DNA of 64,000 nt from Trypanosoma brucei (GCA_000002445.1 CM000207.1:1568001-1632000); one strand, 5' to 3'; counted from the first letter of the stretch, positions 1 to 11,469 are shown. The notes: a model not told the origin generated them from the sequence alone. Translations and numbers: made by a program.

Positions 1-760
1 TTTTTATTTTTCTTTTCTCCCTCTCCTTCTCTCCGATTTGATCAATTACTATTTTAAAACGAACGGAAAGAAACAACAAAATAAAAAGAACCATATCGTC
101 ACAATACAACGAGCGATCGTCTTTCCACCCCCATCTCACATCTTTCCTCAGTGTCTGTAAACGCCGCACGGCGGATGAAGAGAAGAGCGGCTCTTCAGTG
201 AACAAAGGTACACCCCTAAAAAAAAAAAAGATAAGAAACTAACGAGAACTAATGATAACAATAAATATTATAACACGTAAATGTATATAATAGAAACACA
301 CGAACCCGTCACCCGTTCATCCTCCTTACATGTTATCCTTGGCCTTCTCCTTCCTTTCAGTAATATACTCCTCTATCTAGCAGAAACTCCGACCATCAAC
401 AAAATTAAAAAAAAAACATACAGAGACATGAATGCCAAACACAGATAAAGAAAACAAGAAAGGAAAAAAGAAACTGGCATACATCTTGCCGTACGATCAG
501 CTTTGATCTTCTTCCCTTCCCTATTTGCCCTCCTTAAATCATTGCCTATTGAGTGGTACCCCTCCCCCTCCCCCTCTTCTTTTTTTTTTCAACTTTTCAT
601 CCGTACAGGGAGAGACCTCAAAACAAAACAAAAAAGAAAGTGAGGAAACCAAGTGAGCACATGGTCGAGAAATTGAGGAGAGAGGTCGACCGCTGAGAGA
701 TAAAGAAGAAAAGCGAGTAAAGAAAAAAGGAGGGCCCTGGAAGGCGCGTCTCAAACAAAA

Positions 761-1714
761 TTACTTCTTTCCGGAACCACCACTTGTGCCAAGACCAAGT
801 GTACTTTTGTATGTGTCGTAAATCCACCACTGCAAACCTGTCAGCGTGCCGATCATTATAATACGTGCCATCAGCCCTTTCGTGCAGAGGTTTCCATAAC
901 CAATTTCATTGGCGATTTGGCCGTACGACTTTCCCACATTAGAGGCTTTACCGCGGGCAGACACGAGCATATCGGCTGGATGTGAGACAATGGCACAAAC
1001 AATACCCGCAATGTAGCCAGAAGCAAAAGTTATGCTGAGCTGCGTACCCTTGCTGTACTCCTCCTTGGGTTTTGTGAAGACGTTGCTGTAAAAAAACCGC
1101 ACCACCTTCTCAAAAAAGAAAAACTTCGCCATTGTGTAGGGAATCTGACGGGACCACAGGGGCACAAGAGACTTGAAAGGGAATCCAGCAGCTGGGTCCG
1201 CCCGCATGGTGGCAACTGCAGCTCCAAGGGATGTCGGGAAGGTTCCACTTGGGGAAGTTTGCACCTTCACTTTCACCATTTCCATCGGGCATAGCGCCAC
1301 GTCAGCAAAGAATTCGGCACTTGCAGAACCTGCCAACCAAATAAGTCCTTCATACTCCTTGGCAGCCTTCTGACCGGCGAGGTTGGCGTAGAAATCTTTG
1401 AACACTTCATAGAGACCAAATTTGCAAGCACCTTGCATTGAGTAACCAATGAGGGTAGGCAACCAACCCTTCCAAATACCTTTAGCACCGAAACCATCCT
1501 CCGCGGCCAGCACCTTAAAGCCGCTTCCAATACCCCTGAACTTCTCCGGGTTCACTTGCATATTACATTTCACAACATCGAGGGGACATACGGCGGTGTG
1601 CGTTAGGCCACAGGAGAGGACGCCCCCACCTATGCATTTCAGATAGTAGCTGTTGTTGTGAGGGATGTCGGGGTTGGCGTAACGTGCGTCCCAAGTTTTG
1701 TTCTTTGCGCTCAT
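761..1714 (-). CDS. Mitochondrial phosphate carrier protein (mitochondrial carrier family, PiC/Mir1-like)
   Basis: 317 aa. Tripartite mitochondrial-carrier repeat architecture. Phosphate-carrier-like stretches in the translation (e.g. CGLTHTAVCPLDVVKCNMQV, GIWKGWLPTLIGYSMQGACKFGLYEVFK). ATG confirmed at 1712-1714 (revcomp). Confidence 0.85.
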   Translation of the reverse strand: MSAKNKTWDARYANPDIPHNNSYYLKCIGGGVLSCGLTHTAVCPLDVVKCNMQVNPEKFRGIGSGFKVLAAEDGFGAKGIWKGWLPTLIGYSMQGACKFGLYEVFKDFYANLAGQKAAKEYEGLIWLAGSASAEFFADVALCPMEMVKVKVQTSPSGTFPTSLGAAVATMRADPAAGFPFKSLVPLWSRQIPYTMAKFFFFEKVVRFFYSNVFTKPKEEYSKGTQLSITFASGYIAGIVCAIVSHPADMLVSARGKASNVGKSYGQIANEIGYGNLCTKGLMARIIMIGTLTGLQWWIYDTYKSTLGLGTSGGSGKK

Positions 1715-2140
1715 TATTTACCTTCCTTCTGTTTTTTTGCACTTTTTTATATTCCTCAAATCGTGACCCGGCCCGTCTTTTGTGATGCAAGCGGTTTCCT
1801 ATTTCTTTGTTTCTTTATAAACGTTTTCAAAGGTATTGATATTGGACTCGTATGTGGCCATATACCGAAGATACGCGAAGGGGTGGAAGCGAAACGTTTA
1901 AAGAATAGTGAAGATACCGCAAACCTTATTGGCAAAAACAACCTGACGACGGCGGGGAAGGTGCGCCGGTGCAGCATCATTCTTCTCTACTTGTCTTTAC
2001 GACTGAATTACGTGCTGAAAAGATTTTGGCAACGGGTACCGCCAAATCCGGCAGCTGTGCTTACCACAGCTTAACTTTACGCTAAAACGTACACCACATT
2101 CCCTCATGGGTGAAAAAAAAAAACAAACGAAAAACAACGG

Positions 2141-2160
2141 CACACACACACACACACACA
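2141..2160. repeat. (CA)10 microsatellite in intergenic spacer
   Basis: cacacacacacacacacaca, read directly from the sequence. Confidence 0.9.
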
Positions 2161-2917
2161 GGACAGAATTGATGACGAGGTTGATTACGCAGAAGGCGCT
2201 CAGCCAACACGGCCGGAGACAGAAAGTGTATTGGGCACGATTCGGAGCGGCAAACCCGTCCATATTAATTCAGTCCTTCCAAACCATGTCACTTGCCAAC
2301 GCCGGCATGTCATGGGGAAGAATGAATGGAATACGAAAACCTCATGAAGTGTGCGGCGCTTTCTCGAGACTTCCCCGCCAGCGGTACCGCCTTCTCTGGT
2401 GGTTGAGATAATCTCCTCTTTAAAGTGGTTGAAGGAAACACACCATACGATATCACACCAACCCGCAATAGTAAAGTAAGTAGTGGCATTGGGCGACATT
2501 GAAATAACCAGTCCCGCAAATCAAACGCTCAAAACGGGTACGACGCGAATCATCATCCCGATCAACCAAGTAATTAACGATATTTTTGGTCAAGTCCTTG
2601 TTTGGTGTAACGAGTGAAAACATCATGGATGCGGACGTAATCCATCCGAGTGGCGTGGGTGCCGATGATCCGGTGTCCCATCTGTCGAGTGAGTTCCTCC
2701 CGTTTTCATCTGCATCTGCGTTGGTGTCTTTGTGGACGCTAGAGTTATCTTCTCAAATGCGTACGCATAAAACGAGAACGAGAATGAGACGGGAAATTTC
2801 CCACTCTGTGAAGAGTAGTGATGGGTACCTCGGAATGATGTGAGATATCTCCCTACCCACGGTGTTGGTTCAAGCTGCATTTACAAAAGTGAACATTGTA
2901 CTGTTTTCAATCCCACC

Positions 2918-4396
2918 TCATTTGAGAGACTCATAAGCTTGCATGTCAGCATCCTCTAGAATCTCCACTATCGAACCTTCGAACCCATCCCGCCGGAAAA
3001 AGTGTGTCCAAATGATGGAAACCAAAATCGTTCCCCAAACTATAATAACGGTAACCAAAGCTATCTTGAGGCTTGCACACATTGATGCCACAATAAGGGT
3101 CACACTGAACGCTATGGGAACAATTCCACAAATCGCTTCACCCCACAAGCCACCGGGTACACGGTAAGGTCGCTCCAAGGTGGGTCTTTTGAGGCGTAGT
3201 TTGAGAAAGGCGAAGAGGATAGAAATCAATCGCAAGGAGTATAACACCTGGTCAATCTGTACCAATACCGTGAAGGTTAGACACACCGACAGAATCGAGG
3301 TAATCACCGTGTTGGTGACGATAGCGTTGATTGGAGTCCCCAAGTTCCTGTTATACCTTGAAAGCCAGGAAGAAACGAAAGGAAAGGCATTGAGGGTCCC
3401 CATTCCTGCTAGTGACCGTGAGGTTGTCGTTAGTTGCGTTGCCATGAGGCCGAATGTCGAGGCGGCGCCCCCAACCATCATGATTACCGCCATTTTGTAG
3501 CCTCCAACAGCATGAGCCACGCGGACCCAAAAACCGACGCCCCATTGATCAAATGGTATGTCACGCACTCCCTCTGCACTTGCTCCAACGAGCACTGGTG
3601 GTATGTAAGTCGCGAGGGCTGCGAATATCATCAGAACGAGGGCCCGTGCGAATGTTTTTTGCGGATTGGTAACCTCTTCAATGACGTTGCCGGCGCTCTC
3701 GAAGCCGGAGAAGTTCCACGCAACGACGGGAATGAACAGAGGCCAATCGATACTTTGCGGCACTGTCGTAATGCGAGCCCAGTCAAAGCCTTCAGGGATC
3801 TGGATGAAGAAAATTAACACAAACGGTATAAGTGTCAATGCCATCACAAGGACGCTCATTTTCCCCACCACATGCACTCCCAATATGTTGATGAAAGCGC
3901 AAAACCAAAGAAACCCTAGTTTGACTAGAGACTTCGAGAACGCTGAGATGCCAAGCAGCGTAGCGCAGTAATCCGCGAGGATTGTCGGATATAAGCTGTT
4001 ATCAACGAAATTGAGCATAGCCGTCCACAAAATAGTTGAGAAGCAGAGCCACGGCTTAAACGTAACGTTCACCCACATAATAGGTCCAGCATTAGAGGGG
4101 ATTGCGCATGACAGCTCCGCAACACATAGAGAAACCGGGATACCCCAGAAGATTGGTATGAGACAAAGAAATATAATGGTCAAAAGGGGACCGCCAGCGC
4201 TCACGGACTCCTCCAAGCCATAACCACCACTAATGCATGCAGTATACATGACACCCAGCAGTGTAAGGGTCGTTAACGCTGCGCGGGGTTGACTTTCAGT
4301 ATTTTGGTTGGGGTTCTGGAAACGAACCTCTGGAAGTAGCTCCCTCCTAAATTCGGTGGCCATCATCCTCTCGTCGGTGACATTAGACATGTGCAT
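2918..4396 (-). CDS. APC-superfamily amino acid / polyamine permease (~12 TM)
   Basis: 492 aa, highly hydrophobic with multiple predicted TM helices. N-terminal cytosolic tail then APC-like core (GVMYTACISGGYGLE..., FSGFESAGNVIEEV). ATG at 4394-4396. Confidence 0.7.
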   Translation of the reverse strand: MHMSNVTDERMMATEFRRELLPEVRFQNPNQNTESQPRAALTTLTLLGVMYTACISGGYGLEESVSAGGPLLTIIFLCLIPIFWGIPVSLCVAELSCAIPSNAGPIMWVNVTFKPWLCFSTILWTAMLNFVDNSLYPTILADYCATLLGISAFSKSLVKLGFLWFCAFINILGVHVVGKMSVLVMALTLIPFVLIFFIQIPEGFDWARITTVPQSIDWPLFIPVVAWNFSGFESAGNVIEEVTNPQKTFARALVLMIFAALATYIPPVLVGASAEGVRDIPFDQWGVGFWVRVAHAVGGYKMAVIMMVGGAASTFGLMATQLTTTSRSLAGMGTLNAFPFVSSWLSRYNRNLGTPINAIVTNTVITSILSVCLTFTVLVQIDQVLYSLRLISILFAFLKLRLKRPTLERPYRVPGGLWGEAICGIVPIAFSVTLIVASMCASLKIALVTVIIVWGTILVSIIWTHFFRRDGFEGSIVEILEDADMQAYESLK

Positions 4397-4439
4397 CTAA
4401 TAGACACGCCTCGCTTCCGCACTACTGCCGAGCACCAAA

Positions 4440-4530
4440 AAGGAAAAATAGAAACAGAAAAAGAAGTGGGTTGGACAATGACGATCTAGAAAAAAGCGAA
4501 AAGAAGACACCGAGCAAATTAAAAACAAAC
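4440..4530 (-). promoter_or_regulatory. Poly-pyrimidine tract (minus strand) upstream of the permease CDS; a candidate trans-splicing acceptor region
   Basis: The plus strand is purine-rich (aggaaaaatagaaacagaaaaagaagtggg...gaaaaaagcgaaaagaagac), which is poly-Y on the coding strand just 5' of the ATG at 4396. Analogous tracts precede most genes in the window (e.g. 2100-2160, 19320-19345, 24240-24300, 37560-37630). Confidence 0.4.
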
Positions 4531-5807
4531 AAAGGTAATCAAATATTTAACCCTTTGTTCCTATGACAAGCAACATACTTTCGAGCAAAGGGTTTCGCAT
4601 ATCATGACACCTTCACCCCGCAGCAGCCAGCCGGTGTGCTACGCTACAAAACCGTCTTCATCAGACATAGCTCAATAAAGGGCACCTAATCACCTCCTAA
4701 ACACTCAACAGTGTTAACGAAGCAACCCAGTAATGAAATGAACGTCAAACGGGAAAGATACCACAATGAATTCGCTTATTTGTTAGGGCGGTGGGAAACA
4801 ATCCTTTAAGAAAGGGGGTAAACATACGGGTGTATTTCATTCGAAACGGTGATTCCCTTTGCATTATGCTCATTTCCGCATGAGCTGAACCCACTGGATT
4901 TTTATGACCCCGTAATCTAGCAATCGCTCACCCTAATTGAAAAATAAATTAATACATATTTATAGTTAGCGTCGAATCCTGAGAATTTTGCTCAAACAAT
5001 GGCACAGCCCTAAAGGTTGCACACCTCGCACCCCATTCTCAAGCAGCTATATCGAAACTAAAAAAAAAAAGAAGTCCCACTTCGCACACGTAAAAAAGAA
5101 TTGCTTCAAACACATGAGCGCGCGCACCAGGTATACCTACACCAATCAGAATAACCTCGCATATAGGATTGCTTGACTAAAATACAGCAATACCACTACT
5201 TCAACCCCACGGAAAGATTGAGCAGGTCCTTCCCCGCACTTGAACAAACAACGTAAACGAATTCTCCAAAAAAGAAAAACCCATTCCCCTTTTTTTCTCA
5301 TCCATTAGCGTTCCCTTGTTTCCTTTCAGCGCAAAATGAAGCACCAAGATTGTATAGCGCTGCAGCAAAGCAAAAACAAAGAGTAGTTAAAATATGGAAA
5401 CAAATGCGGGAGGTGAGCGGGAAAGGAAAATGACAGGCCGCGGAGCAAAAATTGAGGCGTAAGTTCAGGCGGTGGATACCCTCATATTCTACGGACCAAA
5501 ATTTTCCCTTTAAGCATGTAGTTTTTTAAAATGGTGAGAAATAACCGCGGTGTGGCCACATAGCTAATAACTGCGCGCAGAGAGGTACGTAGAGAAACAT
5601 ATATCCATTTACTCACATGTACATTGATACGCGTTTCTAGCAATTGGTGGGCAGCGCGAAAAAACAGATACGCACACACCTTATCACGGCAACTGACAAG
5701 GTTAAAGAATCCACAACAACTGACATAACGCATCAATGTGCTTGCTCCACTCTCGAATTTGTGAAAAGTTCACAAAAGAACATTATTATGCAAAACAATT
5801 TCCCACA

Positions 5808-6431
5808 TTATTTACCCCGTAACATGTCAAGTCGTGCACTCAGCTCATCAAGATCCGGTTCAGCTAATTTAGTTGCCTCTGGCGCCACGGGTTGCTGCTG
5901 CGGAAGCTTTGCCTTATTGAATAACTCCTCCTTAACGGCCAGACCTTCCTCTTCAGCCACCTGCAACAGGAGTAAAGATACCTCATCCTCCGGCATGCTG
6001 GTAGACGTTGTTTGCCCTATTGCGGTTTCCATGTATTCAGATGCAACATCCATTGTTTCAAATTGTTTCTCAAATTTCTCCATGAGTTCTGATATCTTCT
6101 CTGGGTTCATGGACTGAACAACCTTGTCCATTCCATGTACCATCTGACTCATCCCTCTTGTTACTTTGTTCATCTTGATGGCTGTATCGAGGCGTGAGAC
6201 AACGGCATCCATACGCGAGGCGAGGCGGAGGTGGCTCAGGGACTCGTTCCTCTTTCGAATGCTGTTTTCAGCAAAAATACGCGCTATATCCATGTTGCCC
6301 TTCGCCATTGCCTTTTTACACTTACCCAATTCAGCCTTCTGTTCCTTCTCACATCGCGTCGAGTTTTTATTGAACTGTTTCACAACATACTTGAGTTGAA
6401 AGTGAAGGTCCTGCAGCTGATTAACAGACAT
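5808..6431 (-). CDS. ESCRT-III subunit CHMP1/Did2/Vps46 (Snf7 family)
   Basis: 207 aa, charged coiled-coil. Close match to the CHMP1 pattern (LKYVVKQFNKNSTRCEKEQKAELGKCKKAMAKGNMDIARIFAENSIRKRNE...MNPEKISELMEKFEKQFETMDV...DELSARLDMLR). ATG at 6429-6431. Confidence 0.8.
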   Translation of the reverse strand: MSVNQLQDLHFQLKYVVKQFNKNSTRCEKEQKAELGKCKKAMAKGNMDIARIFAENSIRKRNESLSHLRLASRMDAVVSRLDTAIKMNKVTRGMSQMVHGMDKVVQSMNPEKISELMEKFEKQFETMDVASEYMETAIGQTTSTSMPEDEVSLLLLQVAEEEGLAVKEELFNKAKLPQQQPVAPEATKLAEPDLDELSARLDMLRGK

Positions 6432-7179
6432 TTACACCACTCCTCTGCTTACTACTATATATTCTTTTGTTTCTATGCGGCTGCGTCCTAGAAGAGGGAA
6501 AAAAGTCGTAAATCTCCCTTATATTCAAGTTAAACCTCCGTTGCCGTAGATTCTGAATAAAAAGAAATGCGACGTACTCTTTAGTACAAGCGAAGTGAGG
6601 GAACCGGTGGAAGGAAGTAGAATCCAAAAGTGAAACAAAGTAAGGCGTGACGAACACTAAAGCAATGACAGCGGCAAACAGGCATGGAAGAAGAATATTG
6701 TAGCTAACAGAAGTCCATGGAAAACAACATACCCAACATGCACGCACACCGTGAAGTAGGTAAATAACAAACGACAACACGACTTTCAGTCCGAACGCCC
6801 TTTTAACATGTCCCAGTTCTTAAGTAAGTAATTTTGTGAGGGTAATAATTGCCGCAACCGGCGAGCTTCATGCCTCTTAACGATTTTCCCCAATGGGAAT
6901 ATCGGCCCAAGAGGATGCCAGTGTTTTTTCTTTTTTTTGCGATGCGATGCCAACGTGCCTCTCCCCTCGCACACGATATATTGGCACAAGGGGTGCGAAG
7001 ACTTTACTGTTATCGCTCCCGCTCCAATAAATAAGGCTAAGCAAGGTTTTCACTGTGCCCAAAAAGGAGTTTTCAAATCAGACAAAGTAAATTTGGTGTT
7101 TCTACTTTCCACAGTTCCACCGAAGGCGTGGAACGGCATATGTGCTAATACGAATGAAGGGAAGGAGGAAGAGAAGAGT

Positions 7180-7629
7180 TCACTCACAATTAATATGCCT
7201 CTCAACTTCCTGTAGAAGCGCCTTGTCCTCCATTGCTGCCGCCAGTCTCTCCTTGTCTGCAACCTGTTTTTCTAATTCACGCTGCCGCACGTGAGAGCCA
7301 TCCACAAGCGTAATGTCGAACTTTGCATTATTCGACAGGGAAAACACCTCCCGAAGCCTTACATAAACACATAAACATATAAACTCCATGAGACTACAGT
7401 GAGGCACAGTGGGTTGTAAGATAACTTTCACAACAACACTTGGTTTTCCGCTATCGTTGCACCCCTGCCCGCGCAACGATTGAAAATCAGCCGAACTTTC
7501 AATATATTCGACACGGCAGCGGTTCATTGCTACAACGTCAAGATCAGCCAACGTGCAATCCGGCCTTTCTGGATCTCGTATGGTGGAAAGCTCATAGAAG
7601 ACATCCTCTGCCGTTAAACGGTCCGTCAT
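7180..7629 (-). CDS. MIP18/FAM96 (CIA2-like, DUF59) cytosolic Fe-S assembly family protein
   Basis: DUF59 signature (VFYELSTIRDPERPDCTLADLDVV ... PTVPHCSLMEFICLCVYVRL). The ORF-track start at 7638 is GTG. The first ATG in frame is at 7627-7629, giving 149 aa. Confidence 0.7.
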   Translation of the reverse strand: MTDRLTAEDVFYELSTIRDPERPDCTLADLDVVAMNRCRVEYIESSADFQSLRGQGCNDSGKPSVVVKVILQPTVPHCSLMEFICLCVYVRLREVFSLSNNAKFDITLVDGSHVRQRELEKQVADKERLAAAMEDKALLQEVERHINCE

Positions 7630-8137
7630 CGCCAGCACCTCAGTGCTTCAATTGTTGAACCAACCCCTGCCTTCGTATGCTCCTATAGCTCCAATTACGA
7701 TAAGTGGGAGGAGGTGAGCTTCCCGAAGGCAACTACGATTAGTTAATCGAAGTTGGAGAATGGAGAGGGAGAAGGAGAAGGAAAAGGAAAGGGAAAGGAG
7801 CAGGGAGAGTGTGCTTCTCATTAGAAAAGCGACAGCGCGTAGCTGCCGCCAGGGGGCGCCGTGGGGGTGATCAAATAAAAATTGCGTCGGTGACCAAAAT
7901 CAATATATTACAAACAAAAATGACAAAGGCGTCTACAACATTTTAGGGGAAAAGATGTTGTTCCTCCCCTCTCCCCCTACTTCTCGTACTTCATCACCAC
8001 TCGACTCTAATAAACATGGGGTGCACCGCCCCTCCTCGACACCCACTGCACTTCCCCAGCGTCCAAAGGGTTCTTAGGAACGCTTAAATTGCATGTGGGC
8101 ATTGCTGTGGCTAGTCGGGTGCGCACAGCAGGAAATC

Positions 8138-9229
8138 CTACTGCTCCGCGGCAACACCTCTGAAGGGTATCTCAAACCAAATACACCAGTCCTCGATGTC
8201 CTGCACAATTGGATGTCTTTCACCATAAAATTTCTGTGATGTTGTGCGAGCTGAAAGAAGGTGTTCTGCTGCCTCATCGTTTTTATTCACCCACAAAAGA
8301 TACAAACCCAGTAAAAATTGCGCTCGTGCTGTCGTTGGATGTGAGATGGTGAGGCGCTCTTTCTGAATGCTAAAAATACCAAACAACATTTTGGATACAT
8401 CGGCGAGATTTTCCTTTCCAAATGCCCGTGCTGAGGCGTGGCCGACCTCATGTGTGACTTCATCATCGTCATAACGCTTAACGAGCTTAGCTGCCATCGT
8501 TTCATCAACAATGTCTTTGAGTACTCGACGTAAGTGTTTCAGCCAGATGTTTTTCACCGTATCGTAAAGTGCCATCGCCGCCTCCATGCACGCCTTGGTG
8601 GCAAAAACATTGGCCAAGTCAAAATAAGCAAAGGTTGTCAGTACATGCTCTGGGCCATTCATTACACTTAGATAATACGTGGCGCAGGTTAGGTGCTTAA
8701 CAGAAACATCTAGTTTATTGTCCGCGGCATACAGTAGTCCAAATGTCTGGTGGAGTTCCGCTTTTATGGTCGCATCTGCTTCATCTGGATTCTGAAGGAT
8801 AATAAAGTGCGCAAGGGATAATATTTCCTCCGCATTCCCGTAACGTTTCAAAAACTGGTTCGTTCGAGCAAGATGGAAGTGCGCTGGCACAAGCTTTACG
8901 CTTCCCTTTCCATAGAACCTCTCCTTCAAGCGAAGCGTTTTCACGCCTGCCTCCGCTGCTGCCTCTCCGTTTCCCTCCACAAGCAACCGTCTGCTTTCAT
9001 CCTGTGCGCGCGTCAGCAGCTGCTCAATGACCGCACCCACCTTTTCGCGATGCGCCGACCTGGCTGCAAGAGCGTTGATGCCACTAGATGGCGCATCCAT
9101 TAACTGCATCAACTCGTCAAACTTTGGCTCCAGTGTTGACCAGCCAACATTGGTGATGTCGAGTGGGTCCACCAACTCCTTGGCGGCTGCACGCGTGGAG
9201 GGGAGCACTTTTAAATTGGCGCCTTGCAT
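8138..9229 (-). CDS. Conserved hypothetical protein, TPR-like helical repeat character
   Basis: 363 aa ORF on the transcription-unit strand. ATG at 9227-9229. Helical repeat-like segments (FLLGLYLLWVNKNDEAAEHL, YGERHPIV). No family assignable by eye. Confidence 0.5.
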   Translation of the reverse strand: MQGANLKVLPSTRAAAKELVDPLDITNVGWSTLEPKFDELMQLMDAPSSGINALAARSAHREKVGAVIEQLLTRAQDESRRLLVEGNGEAAAEAGVKTLRLKERFYGKGSVKLVPAHFHLARTNQFLKRYGNAEEILSLAHFIILQNPDEADATIKAELHQTFGLLYAADNKLDVSVKHLTCATYYLSVMNGPEHVLTTFAYFDLANVFATKACMEAAMALYDTVKNIWLKHLRRVLKDIVDETMAAKLVKRYDDDEVTHEVGHASARAFGKENLADVSKMLFGIFSIQKERLTISHPTTARAQFLLGLYLLWVNKNDEAAEHLLSARTTSQKFYGERHPIVQDIEDWCIWFEIPFRGVAAEQ

Positions 9230-9981
9230 ATGACTTCAAAAACGAAACCCGATATGCCCAGCACGTGTTAATAAAGTAAAATGTAGAGGAGAGTTGGGGT
9301 TATAAATGGTGCGTCCGAGACAAACTTCAACAAGAGAAAGGTAGGAATCAAGAGAAGAAGCTGCACTCAGTTGGTGTGCCCAAAGAAGGTACCTTCTTTT
9401 TAAAGACGCATTCTACCCCCTAAAAAGCCCTTACAAAATATTTCCTCCCTTACGAAGCACCAACTTCTCTGCTACTCCCATCCCCTACACTAATCAACCA
9501 ATAGAACAAGATGAAATAGAGACTGATGGTTTGCTGTACCACATGCGCCGATAAACCTACGGAAACGAACTTGAAGGCTTCCCCAAATTGTCACTGCCGC
9601 AAAGGTACCAATTTCGCAACCCATCCTCTCGTTCAAATTCGATGTGAACATCGTTTACTTACGGCATAACAGCTTCTGTCCACTTCAGTGCATGACTACC
9701 TATTAAATTACTTATCCGCCGCTTATCATTTACTCATTATTGCCGCTACACATCGAGACATTGCCAAAAATGTGGGTGTAAAAAAAAAAGAGTGTGTAAT
9801 TATTGCAACAGATCAGAAGGTCCAAAATCCTGACAGACAAGCGGTTGAGGAACATATGTAGATCGTGAGGTCGCGTGAGCTGTGTGAGCACTCCCCGGCC
9901 GTTCAACACGGAAAAAAACTTCTTTAATACTTAAAACATACTTCAATTAATTCACAGTTAAGGTGATTGCTCTTTTTCGCT

Positions 9982-11469
9982 TTAATCGCTGTCATCGAAC
10001 CTTGTGGTATTACGGTTATTGTCGAAAGAAGGAGATGGCCGACCAAAGCCACGGCCTCCACGGTCCCCAAAGCCACGGCCTCCACGATCCCCAAAGCCGC
10101 GGCCTCCACGGTCCCCAAAGCCACGGCCTCCACGATCCCCAAAACCGCGGCCTCCACGGTCCCCAAAGCCACGGCCTCCACGATCCCCAAAGCCACGGCC
10201 TCCACGGTCCCCAAAGCCACGGCCTCCACGATCCCCAAAACCGCGGCCTCCACGATCCCCAAAACCACGGCCTCCACGATCCCCAAAACCACGGCCTCCA
10301 CGATCACCAAAGCCGCGGCCTCCACGATCACCGAAATCACGGCCTCGGCCGCGACCCCGTCCGTTTCCATTTTCATTTCGAATAAACTTTCGAACAGGCT
10401 CGTCTTCCCCCTCCTCGTCATCACCAATGGATCGCTTACCATTGGCATTCTGCTGCACCTCTTCTCCATCACTGTCAGACTCTGGCATAGGTTTCTTGGG
10501 AGCAACCTTTGGTGATGCTTTCACTGGTTTACGCACGGGCTCATCATCATCACTGTCAGACTCTGGCATAGGTTTCTTGGGAGCAACCTTTGGTGACCTC
10601 TTAGCTGGTTTACGCACGGGCTCATCATCATCACTGTCAGACTCTGGCATAGGTTTCTTGGGAGCAACCTTTGGTGACCTCTTAGCTGGTTTACGCACGG
10701 GCTCATCATCATCACTGTCAGACTCTGGCATAGGTTTCTTGGGAGCAACCTTTGGTGATGCCTTCACTGGTTTACGCACGGGTTCATCATCATCACTGTC
10801 AGACTCTGGCATAGGTTTCTTGGGAGCAACCTTTGGTGATGCTTTCACTGGTTTACGCACGGGCTCATCATCATCACTGTCAGACTCTGGCATAGGTTTC
10901 TTGGGAGCAACCTTTGGTGATGCCTTCACTGGTTTACGCACGGGTTCATCATCATCACTGTCAGACTCTGGCATAGGTTTCTTGGGAGCAACCTTTGGTG
11001 ACCTCTTAGCTGGTTTACGCACGGGCTCATCATCATCACTGTCAGACTCTGGCATAGGTTTCTTGGGAGCAACCTTTGGTGATGCCTTCACTGGTTTACG
11101 CACGGGCTCATCATCATCACTGTCAGACTCTGGCATAGGTTTCTTGGGAGCAACCTTTGGTGATGCTTTCACTGGTTTACGCACGGGCTCATCATCATCA
11201 CTGTCAGACTCTGGCATAGGTTTCTTGGGAGCAAACTTTGGTGACCTCTTAGCTGGTTTACGCACGGGCTCATCATCATCACTGTCAGTTTTATCTCGAA
11301 TATTCTTCGGTGCAGCAATGAGAGCCGAGAACTTCAGACCCCGGCCCGCCTTTTCCACTGAGGGATTACTTGCTTTCAAAGCATCCGCAGCTTCGATGTA
11401 GTTCGACTCTCTCAGATATCGGTATACCTGGGCATCAAGCTCATCTTTTGGAAGACGTAACACAGACAT
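9982..11469 (-). CDS. Nopp140-like nucleolar phosphoprotein (LisH motif + 20-aa acidic/basic repeats + C-terminal RGG/GAR domain), resembling trypanosome NoLP
   Basis: 495 aa. N-terminal LisH-like motif (LDAQVYRYLRESNYIEAADALKA). About 12 tandem 20-aa units (SDSDDDEPVRKP[V/A]K[A/R]SPKVAPKKPMPE). About 13 units of GDRGGRGF. ATG at 11467-11469. Confidence 0.65.
   Translation of the reverse strand: MSVLRLPKDELDAQVYRYLRESNYIEAADALKASNPSVEKAGRGLKFSALIAAPKNIRDKTDSDDDEPVRKPAKRSPKFAPKKPMPESDSDDDEPVRKPVKASPKVAPKKPMPESDSDDDEPVRKPVKASPKVAPKKPMPESDSDDDEPVRKPAKRSPKVAPKKPMPESDSDDDEPVRKPVKASPKVAPKKPMPESDSDDDEPVRKPVKASPKVAPKKPMPESDSDDDEPVRKPVKASPKVAPKKPMPESDSDDDEPVRKPAKRSPKVAPKKPMPESDSDDDEPVRKPAKRSPKVAPKKPMPESDSDDDEPVRKPVKASPKVAPKKPMPESDSDGEEVQQNANGKRSIGDDEEGEDEPVRKFIRNENGNGRGRGRGRDFGDRGGRGFGDRGGRGFGDRGGRGFGDRGGRGFGDRGGRGFGDRGGRGFGDRGGRGFGDRGGRGFGDRGGRGFGDRGGRGFGDRGGRGFGDRGGRGFGRPSPSFDNNRNTTRFDDSD
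10037..10340. repeat. 24-bp perfect tandem repeat (~12-13 copies), encodes the RGG/GAR domain
   Basis: Unit ccaaagccacggcctccacgrtcc repeats head-to-tail. It lies inside the C-terminal part of the minus-strand CDS. Confidence 0.85.
10440..11290. repeat. 60-bp tandem repeat (~13 copies, two alternating variants), encodes the acidic/basic 20-aa repeats
   Basis: Unit catcatcatcactgtcagactctggcataggtttcttgggagcaacctttggtga[tgc(t/c)ttcac|cctcttagc]tggtttacgcacgggct. Near-perfect copies inside the CDS. Confidence 0.85.

Noticed and set aside
9967-11401. Large plus-strand ORFs (182, 140 and 465 aa) and a minus-strand 193-aa ORF overlapping the Nopp140-like gene
   Set aside because: They are alternative-frame or antisense translations of the 24-bp and 60-bp tandem repeats (PKPRPPRS..., SLSDSGIGFLGATFGD...). 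There is no independent start context. The sense-frame product has coherent domain logic (LisH + acidic/basic + RGG).
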